DNA of 64,000 nt from Eukaryota sp. TZLM1-RC (GCA_040285825.1 JAUPSS010000011.1:1143798-1207797), one strand, 5' to 3'. Numbered from the stretch's first letter, positions 22,434-35,036 are shown. Numbers and translations: made by a program. The notes: generated by a model from the sequence alone, not told the origin.

Positions 22434-22810
22434 TTACATTCGTCTATTTTTCCATCCATCTCTAAATTTATAAAAAGTGTGCACAATTATTACTTCAATA
22501 TTTTTAAACTTGAAATCTTTAGGACTATATGATATTGTTTTTAATTTAGAGTAATGTAACTCAAATACTATTCGAAATTGTTCCAAAAATTTAAAATTGG
22601 TAATCAAATCTAAAATATCATTTGTTTCATCTATTCTTAAAATTGGTTTGTTGGAAAAATATGAGCGATAATAATCATCAAATTTTACAATTAATTTTTT
22701 AATCATATAATGTGTATTGTCTCTTATAAACCATTTAACCATAAACATTGGTGGTACCACAGATGGTGCATGTCTCACAAATAATTCCCTAAAATGCTGA
22801 TTACTGTTAT
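22434..22810 (-). CDS. Hypothetical protein, 5' end interrupted by a family B fragment
   Basis: Distal part of ORF 22434-22904; its first ~30 codons are antisense retrotransposon sequence. Confidence 0.5.
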
Positions 22811-22977
22811 CTAACGCCGAAAAAAGAAGATAAAAAATATGAAGAACCTTTGGCACAATTAGGTAGAGTGGAACATGTGAAATATCAGTTTGTGCCGTTT
22901 GCAATTTCTCTTTTTGGCAATATTGGACCTTCAGGGTTGCACTTTTTTGAAAATTTTAAAAAAGTATTACTGAATAG
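22811..22977 (+). mobile_element. Family B RLE short fragment
   Basis: TCTAACGCCGAAAAAAGAAG...LAQLGRVEHVKYQFVPFAISLFGNIG...VLLN. Confidence 0.85.
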
Positions 22978-23216
22978 TTTGTTTGGAATTGTGTTAAATT
23001 CCAGGAACTTCACCAGTGAGATCGTGAAAGATTGTGAGAGATTGTAAAAAACTAATGAAACTTTTTGTAAAGTTTCATTAAAAATATACTTTAAAACTAA
23101 TGAAAGGAATTACTGTCGTAACACAACTCAGACATTATGTAAACAATGAATTTTACATGTTTGACATTAAGAGATATCCTTTTTGATCAGGTTTTCTACT
23201 AGCTTTTATTTCAAGA

Positions 23217-23660
23217 ATGTCTCGTTCTCCACAACTAGGACGTTTCTACTCAAACCATCAAGGTGACTTCAGGACCAAAAAAACCCGTAAATTTGTGACA
23301 TCAGAAATGCCAGGATTTCACCTAGAAGACAAAATCAAAATCAAACTGTATTCTAAAACTATGAGAGATGCACCAGAACGTCTGAACAAAATGATTTTAT
23401 GTAAAGAAGATACAACAGATGCAGTTCACTTTAAATGTCGTCAACTGAGTGCCTTTCCATGGAAGGTAGAACACCATAAAGCATCAGCAAGCAGAACTAC
23501 AGAGGAAGTGGTCGAGCTATGGGAACCTAGCTATCAAGAAGTTAGGTTTGTTGAGGATCATGAAGAGGTGTTAAGTGTTGGAGAAAAAGGAAAGATCATT
23601 GAAGAATAAGACTCTGAACTAGAAGAACAGTCTTTTGAAGAAGCAGCTGGTATTTCTTGA
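23217..23660 (+). pseudogene. Copy of the 147-aa orphan ORF with a late nonsense codon
   Basis: TAT>TAA at 23607-23609 relative to 38303-38746. Confidence 0.6.
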
Positions 23661-23929
23661 AAACCATTCTCATCAGTGATTTTGACCGTATTATGATGCT
23701 TAATAGAACAAATGACATGGAATTTTAGTATAAAGGATCATAGATTAAGTCTATTTTTGATGGTAACTGAAGCAATTATTTCATAAAAGTAATTGAGGGA
23801 ATGCGTTTCATTATCTTTTGATATATAATTTTTGAACACAAATGGTCTTTTAAAAATCTTCATAGATATTGAGGCTTTGTCTCTAGTAATCAAGAGAGAA
23901 AAAAATAATATAATAAAAAATAAATAAAT

Positions 23930-25935
23930 TTTTTCCGTCCTTATCAGTTCGCTATCGGAATTCCTGATGGCACAACATGTGCTGCGTTGTGTACAGATTT
24001 ACTTTTCAATCAAAAAGGCGAAAATTATTTATTGAACATTGATTTTAAAAATGCTTTCAACTCGGTTTTTCGCTCCAGTATTTTGTAAGAACTTGAACTA
24101 CACTATCCTCCACTTTTGCCGTATTTTAAATTGATGTATGGATCACCCTCTAACTTAATTTTTCATTCTGAGAATATTGTTTCGTCAAGAGGGGTCAAAC
24201 AAGGGGATCCATTGGGTCCATTCTTCTTTTGCTTAGCACTGCAATCAGTTTTGGTAAAATTTAAGTCGGATTTTCCTGACATTCATATATGTGCTTATGC
24301 AGATGATTTATCACTTATTGGCCCTTTGTCTCTTTAACAACACGGTTTACAGCATTTTGTTTTTCTGGCCAAACAAATAGGGTTAGACATTAAATTGCCC
24401 AAGTGTTTCATTATTGGTAATCAACATGCGGAGGTGGTATTTAAAGAAACTTTTATCAAATACGTTGATTACGAGGAAGATGCTATTCGGTTTCTTGGAT
24501 CTTATTTTGGAAATAGTGAAAAAGTTAAATCGATTTTGTCAGGTATTTTGGAAAAAATCGAAGAGCAACTTTTGGCAATTCAAGATCTACAAATTGACAA
24601 ACATTTAGCGTTTTCGGTCCTCAATGTGTGTTTTGGATCAAAAATTAATCATCTTCTTCGTTCTTTATCTCCCACAATTTCTCATGATTTTGCACGTCAA
24701 TTCAATACTTTGAGAACAAATTTTTTAGGAAATTTAGTAGAAGTTTGTCCATCTAAAATTCCTTATCATGCATTTTTTTAGTCCTAAATTTGGTGGAGTT
24801 GGTTTTTCAAAAGCAGAATATTTATGCAAAAGTGCTTTTATTGGTGGTATGACAAATTTTCTTTTTGAATGAAAACTTCGTTTTGATCATATTCCTTTAA
24901 ATGAATCACATCCTTTATTCATTTCTCTTGAAAAAATGGTGCAAGAACTACCTGTTGATATTTGGAATAAGAGTTTTCCTTCAAGTTTGCCTGCTGTGCC
25001 TTCGAGATCTTTCACCAACCTTCATCTTGCTGTTGTGAAATTACAGAAGTCTGTTCTTATTGGTTTTGAAGACCTGGATTTTTCTAAACGACTTAGTGTG
25101 ACTAAGATTAATAATCCCGTCTTTGCTGCCTTTTTAGCAGACATTCAGAACTGTACTAGTTTAATATCTCAGCAACCAAGGCCATTTGGTCTTCACTTAA
25201 CAAATGAAGCTTGGAAACAAAACATGCGGTTGAGATTAGGGATGTATCCAAGTGGTCTTTTGGACAATTCTTATTGTATTTGTAACAAAAAAACCTACTG
25301 CCAATTTTCGTCATATTGTAAGCTGTAAGAAATTTCTCCAATATAGGTCAGTTCTTCATAATGCCATTCGTGATGTGACATATGAGATGTTCAAGTGTTA
25401 CATTTTCAGTTGCAAAGTAGAACCTTTGTTGAAGCATTATAGTGATGATAATCTATTTAATTCATGTCGAGGTGATTTAATTGCTCCATTTGTGGATTCC
25501 TCTCAAGTTGTTGTTGATTTCACTACAGTTGATCCCTTTGCTTTGGTTTATCGCGATGATGTTTTACTTAGTACTAATGGCCATTTAAACAAGGCTGAAG
25601 ATCGTAAGAGAGATAAATATACTGAGATATTAAATGATTTAAATAAAAACCTTTATTCGAAGTTTTCGTTTGTTCCTATTGCCTTTTCGATTTTTGGCAA
25701 CATTGGACAATCCGCCATGAATTTCATCAATGATTTTGGTAATTTATATCGTTCAAGTGGTAAGAATTTTGCAGAGAATTTATGGAAAAATCTTATCATT
25801 TTCGCTTTGTACAGAAGTGTTCCCAAGTACTTGAGTTTAATGATGTCTAAACTGTATAAGGATTCATCAAGAGTTGGCGTGGAGAATTTAGTTTCTTATG
25901 TGTTTTAGTTTGTTTTGTTTTTATTTGATTCTTTA
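23930..25935 (+). mobile_element. Family A unit, same 5' truncation point as the tandem units, disrupted
   Basis: FRPYQFAIGIPDG...DFKNAFNSVFRSSIL*ELELHYPPLLPYFK; ORF pieces start at 24116, 24395, 24936 and 25252. Confidence 0.9.
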
Positions 25936-26037
25936 TATAAATGATTATTATTTTATTTTCTGTTTTTTTTCTATTATTATTTTATCATTTTCTACGTTTT
26001 ATCATTTTATGATCAATTATATGCCATGTGCATATAA

Positions 26038-26503
26038 TGAGTACCGCTCCCTACAATCAAACCAACAGTTCTTCACAGTTTCTCTTGTTGATAACAACAT
26101 CTACCTTTGGAGAGTTGTGATCAAGACCTGTTGCTTTGATTCGAGTTCACCACTGTATCAACATCTGTCATCAACTGGTACTCAAGGTGTGCTTCTAGAG
26201 CTTAAGTCTGCTCAGTCCTACACATCAGTCACTCGATCCCCGCCCTGGTGTCGTATCATTTCCCCAAAGCTATCTGGTGGAGGCATTTACCAAGGATCTG
26301 TTTGCTGGGAAGGATTTTATGACACAAACAGAACAGTGGAATACAACATGGAAAACTTACTGGTTGAGTTTGCTCATGTGTTGACTGTTGAGTGTTGAGC
26401 AACTTTCGATGGTATGGCAGAATGGTCAGTGCAAGAAGCCAGGAAAGGAGAACAGTTCATACTTGGTGCTCACACAGACTGGAAACAAACAGCCTTTGTG
26501 TAG
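26038..26503 (+). pseudogene. UBE2Q-like E2, lacking its native start; catalytic Cys kept; late TGA
   Basis: SLVDNNIYLWRV...DSSSPLYQHL...PPWCRIISPKLSGGGIYQGSVCWE resembles UBE2Q-family LVND.LY.W.V...DPDSPL...PPFVRVV.P.LSGG...GALCME. Confidence 0.75.
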
Positions 26504-27097
26504 TGTTAATACAGGAAGTTGGGATAAGGTTTTTGTTTCATCAAATATGTTATTGACTAATAATGCGAGTAGTGAGTCTGCCATTGATGAAATGTCACAA
26601 ATTTACTCAATTTGTGAAAAGTAACTTTGAAGGCTTGTCGAATCTACTTATGCTCTTAGACTTTACGTGCAATTTTACATTACACGTCTACAACCTGGTG
26701 GTTGAGGTGTATTTAAAATTTCGCCAATAGTAAAATCAATCGATTATTTTGGAGCTTGCAAGGTAGCGTTGGTGACAACTAGAAAGTTGTTTAGATAGAT
26801 TTGCCAACTTGTTTTTCTTAATGTGGATGATCCAAATTTGAAGAGAAGTCTTGCTAGATTACACAATATTCAATACACAGTTTGAAATACAGTGTGAGTC
26901 ATTTAATGATGACTTCACAACAATAAAAGAAATACCGTGTAATTGGTCAACACAGTGGTGATCACATGTCCTGGTTGAATCAAATTGTTTAGGCATATTG
27001 GAATTTCATTGTTTTCAATTGCCTTGTATGAATTCTTGCTTTTCGTTTCACATAGTAATATAGAATAACTGATATCTTAATACCGTGTTAATAGGGC

Positions 27098-27957
27098 TTT
27101 CTGATGAAAAGTATATTGAGTATTTAATCAACAACAACTTTGTTTTGCAAACTTTTTGATTGATCTTGAAGACAGTTGCTCAAGTTGCCTAATCTCCCAA
27201 ATTCCCAACATTTATGGCCTTCTTCTGAATGATCACCAATGGACCACTGCAATGAGAATGAGATGTTTTCTATGGCCTTGTTCATTACCAAATGATTTAA
27301 TTTGTCGCTGCAAGAGTGTTGTTACGTTTTCCCATATTTTAAACTGTAAGTATTTTATAACTTATCGCTCAATTGTTCATGACTCAGTTCGTGATCAATT
27401 ATATGCCATGTGCAAAAGTTTCAATATAGAGGCATTGATTGAGCCACTAGTGCGTAAGCTGTCTTCAGATCAAATTGATGATCCCTTGGGTAAAAGGAGG
27501 GCAGATTAAGTAGCTCCAGGGATCGATGGTGTTCTCAATGTTGTAGATGTTGTCTCAGTTGATGTTTGCAAAAATTCTGCTGCTCTTTTAGTGTATTCCG
27601 CTGATTCGCCGCTGTCTAACGCCGAAAAAAGAAGATAAAAAATATGGAGAACCTTTGGCACAATTAGGTAGAGTGGAACATGTGAAATATCAGTTTGTGC
27701 CGTTTGCAATTTCTCATTTTGGCAATATTGGACCTTCAGGGTTGCACTTTTTTGAAAATTTTAAAAAGGTGTTACTGAATAGGTCTGGTAAAACAATGAA
27801 CTCCACTTTCTGGTTAAATAGAATTGTTTTCTGCTTTTTCAAGTCTATTCCAACAATGATGTCAAAGGCACTTTTAGCTATTGGTGTAGAATATGAACGT
27901 CATGCTGTGAGTAGGTTCAGTAATAGTGACGCTTGTTTGGAGGATACTGAATTCTAG
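27098..27957 (+). mobile_element. Family B CCHC-RLE fragment with its native C-terminus
   Basis: ORFs 27156-27509 and 27655-27957; nonsense codon just after RRAD. Confidence 0.85.
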
Positions 27958-28129
27958 ATGGGTTTTTTATCTCAATATATATTCCAGTTTTAAAAAAATC
28001 AACAACAAATTATCAAAAGCATTCCTGGCAATTGTTTGGATCAATTCAGTATATCAATCTAAATGACTTGACATTCCAAATATTGAATGAATTGACTTTG
28101 TGTAGTTCGTGAAGAGGGTGATGGGTAAA

Positions 28130-29150
28130 TATCCTTATCATGTATGAAAAATTTTCTGTTTGAGTGACAACTTCGTTTTGATCATATTCCTTTGAATGAA
28201 TCACATCCTTCATTAATTTCTACTGAAAACATGGTGCAGGAACTACCTGTTGATGTGTGGAATAAATGTTTTCCTTCAAGTTTGCCTTCTGTACCTTCGA
28301 GATCTTTTACCAATCTTCATCTTGCTGTTGTGAAAATACAGAAGTCTGTTCTTATTGTTTTTGAAGACCTGGATTTTTCTAAACGACTTAGTGTGACTAA
28401 GATTAATAATCCCGTCTTTGCTGCCTTTGTATCAGACATTCAGAACTGTACTAGTTTAATATCTCAGCAACCAAGGCCATTTGGTCTTCACTTAACAAAT
28501 GAAGCTTGGAAACAAAACATGCTGTTGAGATTAGGGATGTATCCAAGTGGTCTTTTGGATAATTCTTATTGCATTTGTAACAAAAAACCTACTGCCAATT
28601 TCCGTCATATTGTGAGCTGTAGAAAATTTCTCCAATATAAGTCAGGTCAGTTCTTCATAATGCAGTTTCTGATGTGGCATATGAGATGTTTAAGTGTTAC
28701 AATTTTAGTTGCAAAGTAAAACCGTTGTTGAAGCATTATAGCGATAATTATCTATTTAATTCATGTCGAGGTGATTTAATCGCTCCTTTTCTGGAGTCCT
28801 CCCAAGTTGTTGTTGATTTCACTACAGTTGAAACCTTCGCTTTTATTTATCGTGATGATGTTTTACCTAGTGCTAATGGTCATTTAAACAAGGCTGAAGA
28901 TCGTAAAAAGGATAAATATACTGAGACATTAAATGATTTAAATAAGAATCATTACTCAAAGTTTTCGTTTGTTCCATTTGCCTTTTCTATTTTTGTCAAC
29001 ATTGGACAGTTCGCCTTGCATCTTATCAATGATTTTGGTAATTTGTGTCGTTCAAGTGGTAACAATTTTCGCTGTATACAGAAGCGCTCCCAAATAATTT
29101 TGTTTCTTATGTGCTTTAGTTTGATTTGATTCTGGGTAGAAAATCAATAT
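28130..29150 (+). mobile_element. Diverged family A 3' fragment
   Basis: ORFs 28192-28719 and 28674-29129. Confidence 0.87.
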
Positions 29151-29164
29151 TGTTGTTAAAAATA

Positions 29165-29966
29165 CCCGAATGTCCCTCTGTTTATGGACTTTTGCTAAAA
29201 GACAATGAATGGCTTTTAAACATGCGTTTTCGTTGTTTTCTGTGGCCAAACAATTTGCCCAATCATTTAACTTGTAAATGTGGTAAACCTCTTTTGTTTA
29301 CTCATCTTTTGAACTGTAAACATTTCATTACGTATAGAAGCAAAGTGCATAATAACGTCAGGGACCAAATTTATGTAATGTGCAAATCATATCGTGTAGA
29401 TTCCTTTTTAGAACCGCTGTTATCAAAATTAATTCTTGATGATCCCAATATTGATAGTACGCGTTACAACAGAGCTTCTATGGGTTTGACTAGAGGTGAT
29501 CTAGTTGTTCCCGGTTTAAATGGTAGTTTTACTATTTTGGACGCCATGTCTATTGACCCTTGTAATTCCTCTAACGAACATTTCATTAACTCGGATGTAA
29601 ATAATCCTCTTCTTACAGGCGAAAAATATAAAATTGCTAAATATGCGAAACCCATTTCCTCGGTTAATGAAAATTCTCATGCCCAATATAATTTATGTCC
29701 ATTTGTTTTTTCTTTGCTTGGATCTCTAGGTAAGGCAAGAACTGGAAGAATTTTCAATCGTGTTTACTGGCAAAACAAGATTGTATTTTCTATTTTTAAG
29801 GGAATAGTAACACTAATTTCTGATTCACTATCTTCTTTTGGGAAATTTTCTGAATCTTTAGCGATTAATTGTTTTGATGTAGGGGAGGCAGGTTTTGAGG
29901 ATGTGGAGTTTTAATTGTGTATTTCATATTTGTTGTTGAATAAAAATAAAATAATTGAAAAAAAAA
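29165..29966 (+). mobile_element. Family C CCHC-RLE fragment
   Basis: ORF 29126-29914, with a short in-frame deletion after SLGKA. A further ~130-bp family C 3' end lies at 30490-30620. Confidence 0.87.
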
Positions 29967-30134
29967 TTTCTCACAAAAGGAAGTTTTGGCGAATAACACA
30001 CAAAATCAAGATCCACAAAAACCTAAAATGCCCAATCTTCAGATTCACCCTCATTGATCAAGCACCATGCAGTCAGACCCGGAAAGTGGGAACGGAAATG
30101 CTGGCTCCCACTTTGGGGTCCCCTGTTGCCCCTT

Positions 30135-30410
30135 TAAGCAAAGACTTCATACACCTGGACCCGATTATTACAATCCAGGACTTCCCTCCAAGCAAACCTT
30201 CGGCCAATCACGCCTTTCCACAGCTCCTCCCCGAACAACCTTCTATTCCCACGCCTCCACCGCCCCAGCAGTAGGCTCATATAACATGTAACCCACTCAA
30301 TAGAAAATCGTATGGATGAAAATCCCCACTCTCCACACCCCTGGTTCATATGACATGTCACTTGCCACATCCAAACCTTGCTCCTCTCTTTGCTCCAGAT
30401 TTGTTAGATT
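30135..30410 (+). pseudogene. SHIPPO/STPG repeat protein fragment
   Basis: TPGPDYYNP, APAVGSYN and TPGSYD motifs (TPAPGSYD in the copy at 56155-56420). Confidence 0.6.
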
Positions 30411-30971
30411 TCAACAATTCAAAGTTTGAAAATAAATGAAGATAACTGACAGATGTCGAGGGAGTAGTAAGCAAACTCGAAAGAAAACGCTTTTGGGAAA
30501 TTTTCTGAATCCTTAGCGATTAATTGTTTTGATGTAGGGGAGGCAGGTTTTGAGGATGTGGAGTTTTAATTGTGTATTTCATATTTGTTGTTGAATAAAA
30601 ATAAAATAATTGAAAAAAAAATTTCTCACAAAAGGAAATTTTTGCGAATAACACGCAAAATCAAGATCCAGAAAAACCTAAAATGCCCAATCTTCAGAAT
30701 CACCCTCATTGAGTAAGCACCATGCAGTCAGACCCGGAAAGTGGGAAAGGAAATGCTGGCTCCCACTTTGGGGTCCCCTTTTGCCAGAAGTGCAGCAGAT
30801 GGGATTCGACCCTGTTGCCAAAGCAGAGAACGAAGAGCAAACCCACCGGACTACGATGTTGGCAGTTATGAATGTTGTTTTTTCTAGTTTGTATTGGGTT
30901 TTGATTTGTGTTGGTGTTGGACGATTTTTGCAATTGGTTTTGTGTTGACAATAAAAGTGATTGAAATGTGT

Positions 30972-33900
30972 TTATTCAAGGAAAATCTGAAGAGAAGGAC
31001 GATTAGATTCTATTTGTTGAAGTTTGGATTTGGTTGAATTGCTAATGTTGTTGGACCAAAGATTCAATTCAGTCAGAGTGCAATTGCTCTCCAATGCACG
31101 GGCGAGAGCACTAGCGCCTTTAGAGGTAATGTTGTTGACCCCAAGATTTAATGTAGTCAGAGTGCAATTGCTCTCCAATGCACGGGCGAGAGCACTAGCG
31201 CCTTCAGAGAAAATGTTGTTGCCCCAAAGATCCAATGTAGTTAGAGTGCAATTGCTCTCCAGAGCACGGGCGAGAGCACTAGCGCCTTCATCGGTGATTT
31301 GGTTCTTGTGAAGATCCAATGTAGTCAGAGTGGAATTGCTCTCCAGAGCACAGGCGAGAGCACTAGCACCTTCATCGGTGATTTGGTTGTTGTGAAGATC
31401 CAATGTAGTCAGAGTGGAATTGCTCTCCAGAGCACAGGCGAGAGCACTAGCACCTTCATCGGTGATTTGGTTGTTGTGAAGATCCAATGTAGTCAGAGTG
31501 GAATTGCTCTCCAGAGCATGGGCGAGAGCACTAGCGCCTTCAGAGGTAATGTTGTTGCCCCCAAGATATAATGTAGTCAGAGTGCAATTGCTCTCCAGAG
31601 CACGGGCGAGAGCACTAGCGCCTTCAGAGGTAATGTTGTTGCCCCCAAGATATAATGTAGTCAGAGTGCAATTGCTCTCCAGAGCACGGGCGAGAGCACT
31701 AGCGCCTTCAGAGGTAATGTTGTTGCCCCCAAGATATAATGTAGTCAGAGTGCAATTCGTCTCCAGAGCACGGGCGAGAGCACTAGCGCCTTCAGAGGTA
31801 ATGTTGTTGTTTCCAAGATTTAATGTAGTCAGAGTGGAATTCGTCTCCAGAGCACGGGCGAGAGCACCAGCACCTTCATCGGTAATGTTGCTGCGCCAAA
31901 GATTCAATTCAGTCAGAGAGGAATTGCTCTCCAAAGCACGGGCGAGAGCACTAGCGCCTTCATCGGTAATGTTGTTGGACTGAAGATTCAATTCAGTCAG
32001 AGTGGAATTGCTCTCCAGAGCACGGGCGAGAGCACTAGCGCCTTCATCGGTAATGTTGTTGCCCAGAAGATCCAATGTAGTCAGAGAGGAATTGCTCTCC
32101 AAAGCACGGGCGAGAGCACTAGCGCCTTCATCGGTGATTTTGTTGTTCTGAAGACTCAATCTAGTCAGAGTAGAATTGCTCTCCAAAGCACGGGCGAGAG
32201 CACTAGCGCCTTCATCGGTAATGTTGTTGAACTGAAGATCCAATGTAGTCAGAGAGGAATTGCTCTCCAATGCACGGGCGAGAGCACTAGCGCCTTCATC
32301 GGTAATGTTGTTGCGCCTAAGATTCAATTCAGTCAGAGTGGAATTGCTCTCCAGAGCACGGGCGAGAGCACTAGCGCCTTCATCGGTAATGTTGTTGACC
32401 CAAAGATCCAATGTAGTCAGAGTGGAATCGCTCTCCAGAGCACGGGCGAGAGCAAAAAGGCGATAATAGGGATATTTAAAACACCAAGGAAAACAAGATA
32501 ATTCAACTAAATATTCATTTTTGATTAATTTAGTTGCTTTAATAAGACCTTGATTATAAAGTTTTGTTGGAGATAGGGATGATATCGACAGATTTCTCTC
32601 CGGTCCCAGCAATTGAATAAACTCCAAAGAGGGAAAACTTTGTTCAGTGATATTGGTATCAATTGCTTCATGAATTATCAATTCCTTAATGCTTGGTAAT
32701 TCAATTTCAATATTGACAGGATTTCTCAACCAAACTTCCAATATAGTAATGGAAAGAGGCAAAGGAATTTGTGCTTCTAATATTCTTTCTGAAGAAGAAC
32801 CATCAAATAACACCAGCTCTTTCAATGCTGTAAGATAGCTTAAATCAGTAACCTCAAAGTCATCTTTAAGCACCAACTTCACTAGTGAAGGGGGTAATTC
32901 TTCTATAATGAATGAACAATTAAGCTCCAGAAACTTGAGATTTGATAAATGTGTCAAGTTTAAGGATAGTCTTCTATAATACCCTGACTTTGCACCAAGC
33001 TTAACAACCTCAACAGTTGGGAAAAATGACAAGAACTGTGGATCAAATACATCTGTATCATAGTAAATATCAAGATGTTTAATTCGACTATTAATAACAC
33101 TGGGACCATTGAAAGCAAATGATAATTGCAATTGTAAATCCCAAACATAATCATTGAGATTTAAATGTTGTGGATTTTTCAAAAATTCAAAACCATTGAT
33201 CACTTCTTTAGAAAATTTAGCGACCTTCTTACTCACTGAACATTTGGTATAGAATCTGGCTTTTGTATATGGATGGTTACCAAACAATTTTTTCAAATAT
33301 TGTAAATATTCAAAGTAAATTAATCTGATTAGACCACTAAACATGCTATCCAAAGGTTGTATTGGATCATGAAAAGTTCCAAGTATTTCGGAAACAAATG
33401 ATAATTTGGCAGGTTGAAATCGATCAATCAAATCACCTGTACCTAATTGACCTTTATCGTTTTTTCCCCAGGCCCAAACAGTGTTTTTGTTGTAGGCAAA
33501 AAGGAAGTCGTGACCTAAGGAAACACCTTCTATATTGGTGAAAGCTTCTATGCATCTTGGTTGCTCACTATCATTATATAAACAACTTAATCTGCTGAGC
33601 TTGCCCCAAACAAAAACTTTACCATTGTTATTAATGGCGGCGTAGATTCCATCATTGTAACGTAATGCTAAATCGCTACAACACCAACATGTACTACCAC
33701 TTATATAAACAATATTACTTAAGCCTGGACCTTTGATGGGTTTATTGCTGAATGGAATTTCATCTACATGATCAAAAGCTCGTACATTATTGAACTTCCA
33801 TACATCACCATTGACGTCAATAATGAATAACCAATCCCCAGATAAGAAAAAGGAATAACGAAATGGTTTCCTGGGAGTAATATACTTGCTGACATCTATC

Positions 33901-34908
33901 TTGGTCGTTGTGGAAGCAGTATCAAGGCATTCACCATCTGAATGGTAATCCACACATTCTGTGTTGTGAAAAAAGAAAACACCATTAACATCAACTGCTA
34001 CAAAAGAACGACAACACACACTCATAAAGACAATTTTGTTGAGTCCTTCGATTATGATATGAGTATCTCCATCAAAATGAATAACTTTCCCTCCTTCGGT
34101 CAGAGCAAAAAAACTAAATGGAAAATTCCTGCAGTTACAAGTTGGGAAATAAAATTCCTTTAACTTATAAGGAATGTTCCAGAGATCAAAGTATTTCATA
34201 AATTCAGGTCCTTTCAAATAGAAATACCAAACAAACAACGAATCCAATAATGATACCAAAGAGTCAAACTCCTTAAAGGGCAAGAGGGTGGGAATGAAAT
34301 TACTAAAAGATGACAAGGTTAGTGTGTCGTCAAAGTAATCATATTCACGTCCATTGCTTCTTGAACTTCCCCAAAAATAAACCTCACCAGAATGGGTAAA
34401 CAAAAGTGAGTGAAATCTACCACAGGAAATGGACTTAACCCCAACCAATTTGTCCGATCGATCGGGGAAGTGTGCTAATTCTTGGTCACTTGCATAGGGG
34501 TCTTCTAATGAAGGATCCGAGGAGGCATGATGTAGAGGACATCGATTATGTGCATTTGAGTCGGGTTTTAGATCGGATTGTGGATCGGAAGAATGGGGAG
34601 GAAAGGTGGATTGCGGAGAACTGCATGGTAAGTCTGAAGGTAGACAGTGATCAACAGAGCAATGAGAGGGAGATCGTAATTCTTCATCAATAGTGGAGGA
34701 GAGTATCGTGGTAGTTGGGATAGAGTCATGGAAAACATCGGAAGCATCCTGTGAGCAGCTATTTTGGCTTCCCACTGGTTGAAATGCAACCGGGGCTTCA
34801 AGCTCGTGATTGAGAGGAGGGTTTGGACGACCTAGATCACGACTCTCCTTTCCAGAACACGAAATGCTAGCGCTATCACCAGGCAAACTATCTTGATTTT
34901 TGACGCAT
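30972..34908 (-). CDS. RCC1-like + LRR protein, paralogue 2 (~1310 aa; 17 RI-type LRR units)
   Basis: Open from 34886 to 30972. The ATG homologous to that of paralogue 1 is at 34908, offset by one extra base in a homopolymer (likely an error). Confidence 0.9.
31040..32454 (-). repeat. 84-bp coding tandem repeat, 17 LRR units
   Basis: Counted in the translation. Confidence 0.95.
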
Positions 34909-35036
34909 TATAGAGAGGTTGAGACGAAGAGAAATTTATTGAAAAGTGAAATTTGTCGAGACACTGGGTGTTTGCTGAAAGTTTTCTGAGATTATTTCTT
35001 CTAAAAATCATTTAGTTTAGTAAATCATTTAATCAT

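Larger units (their letters stand above)
21527..22810 (-). other. Very AT-rich block of three tightly packed small genes; candidate endogenous viral fragment (NCLDV- or Polinton-like)
   Basis: Two sampled 60-nt lines are 12% and 22% GC; K/I/Y/N-rich ORFs; intergenic gaps of about 10 and 55 nt; AAAATTGA lies 34 nt upstream of an ATG. No viral hallmark gene is present. Confidence 0.45.

Noticed and set aside
15094-32466. Long + strand ORFs over the LRR arrays (...SRARARALAPSSVMLL...)
   Set aside because: Antisense shadows of the stop-poor 84-bp repeat; no independent coding evidence.
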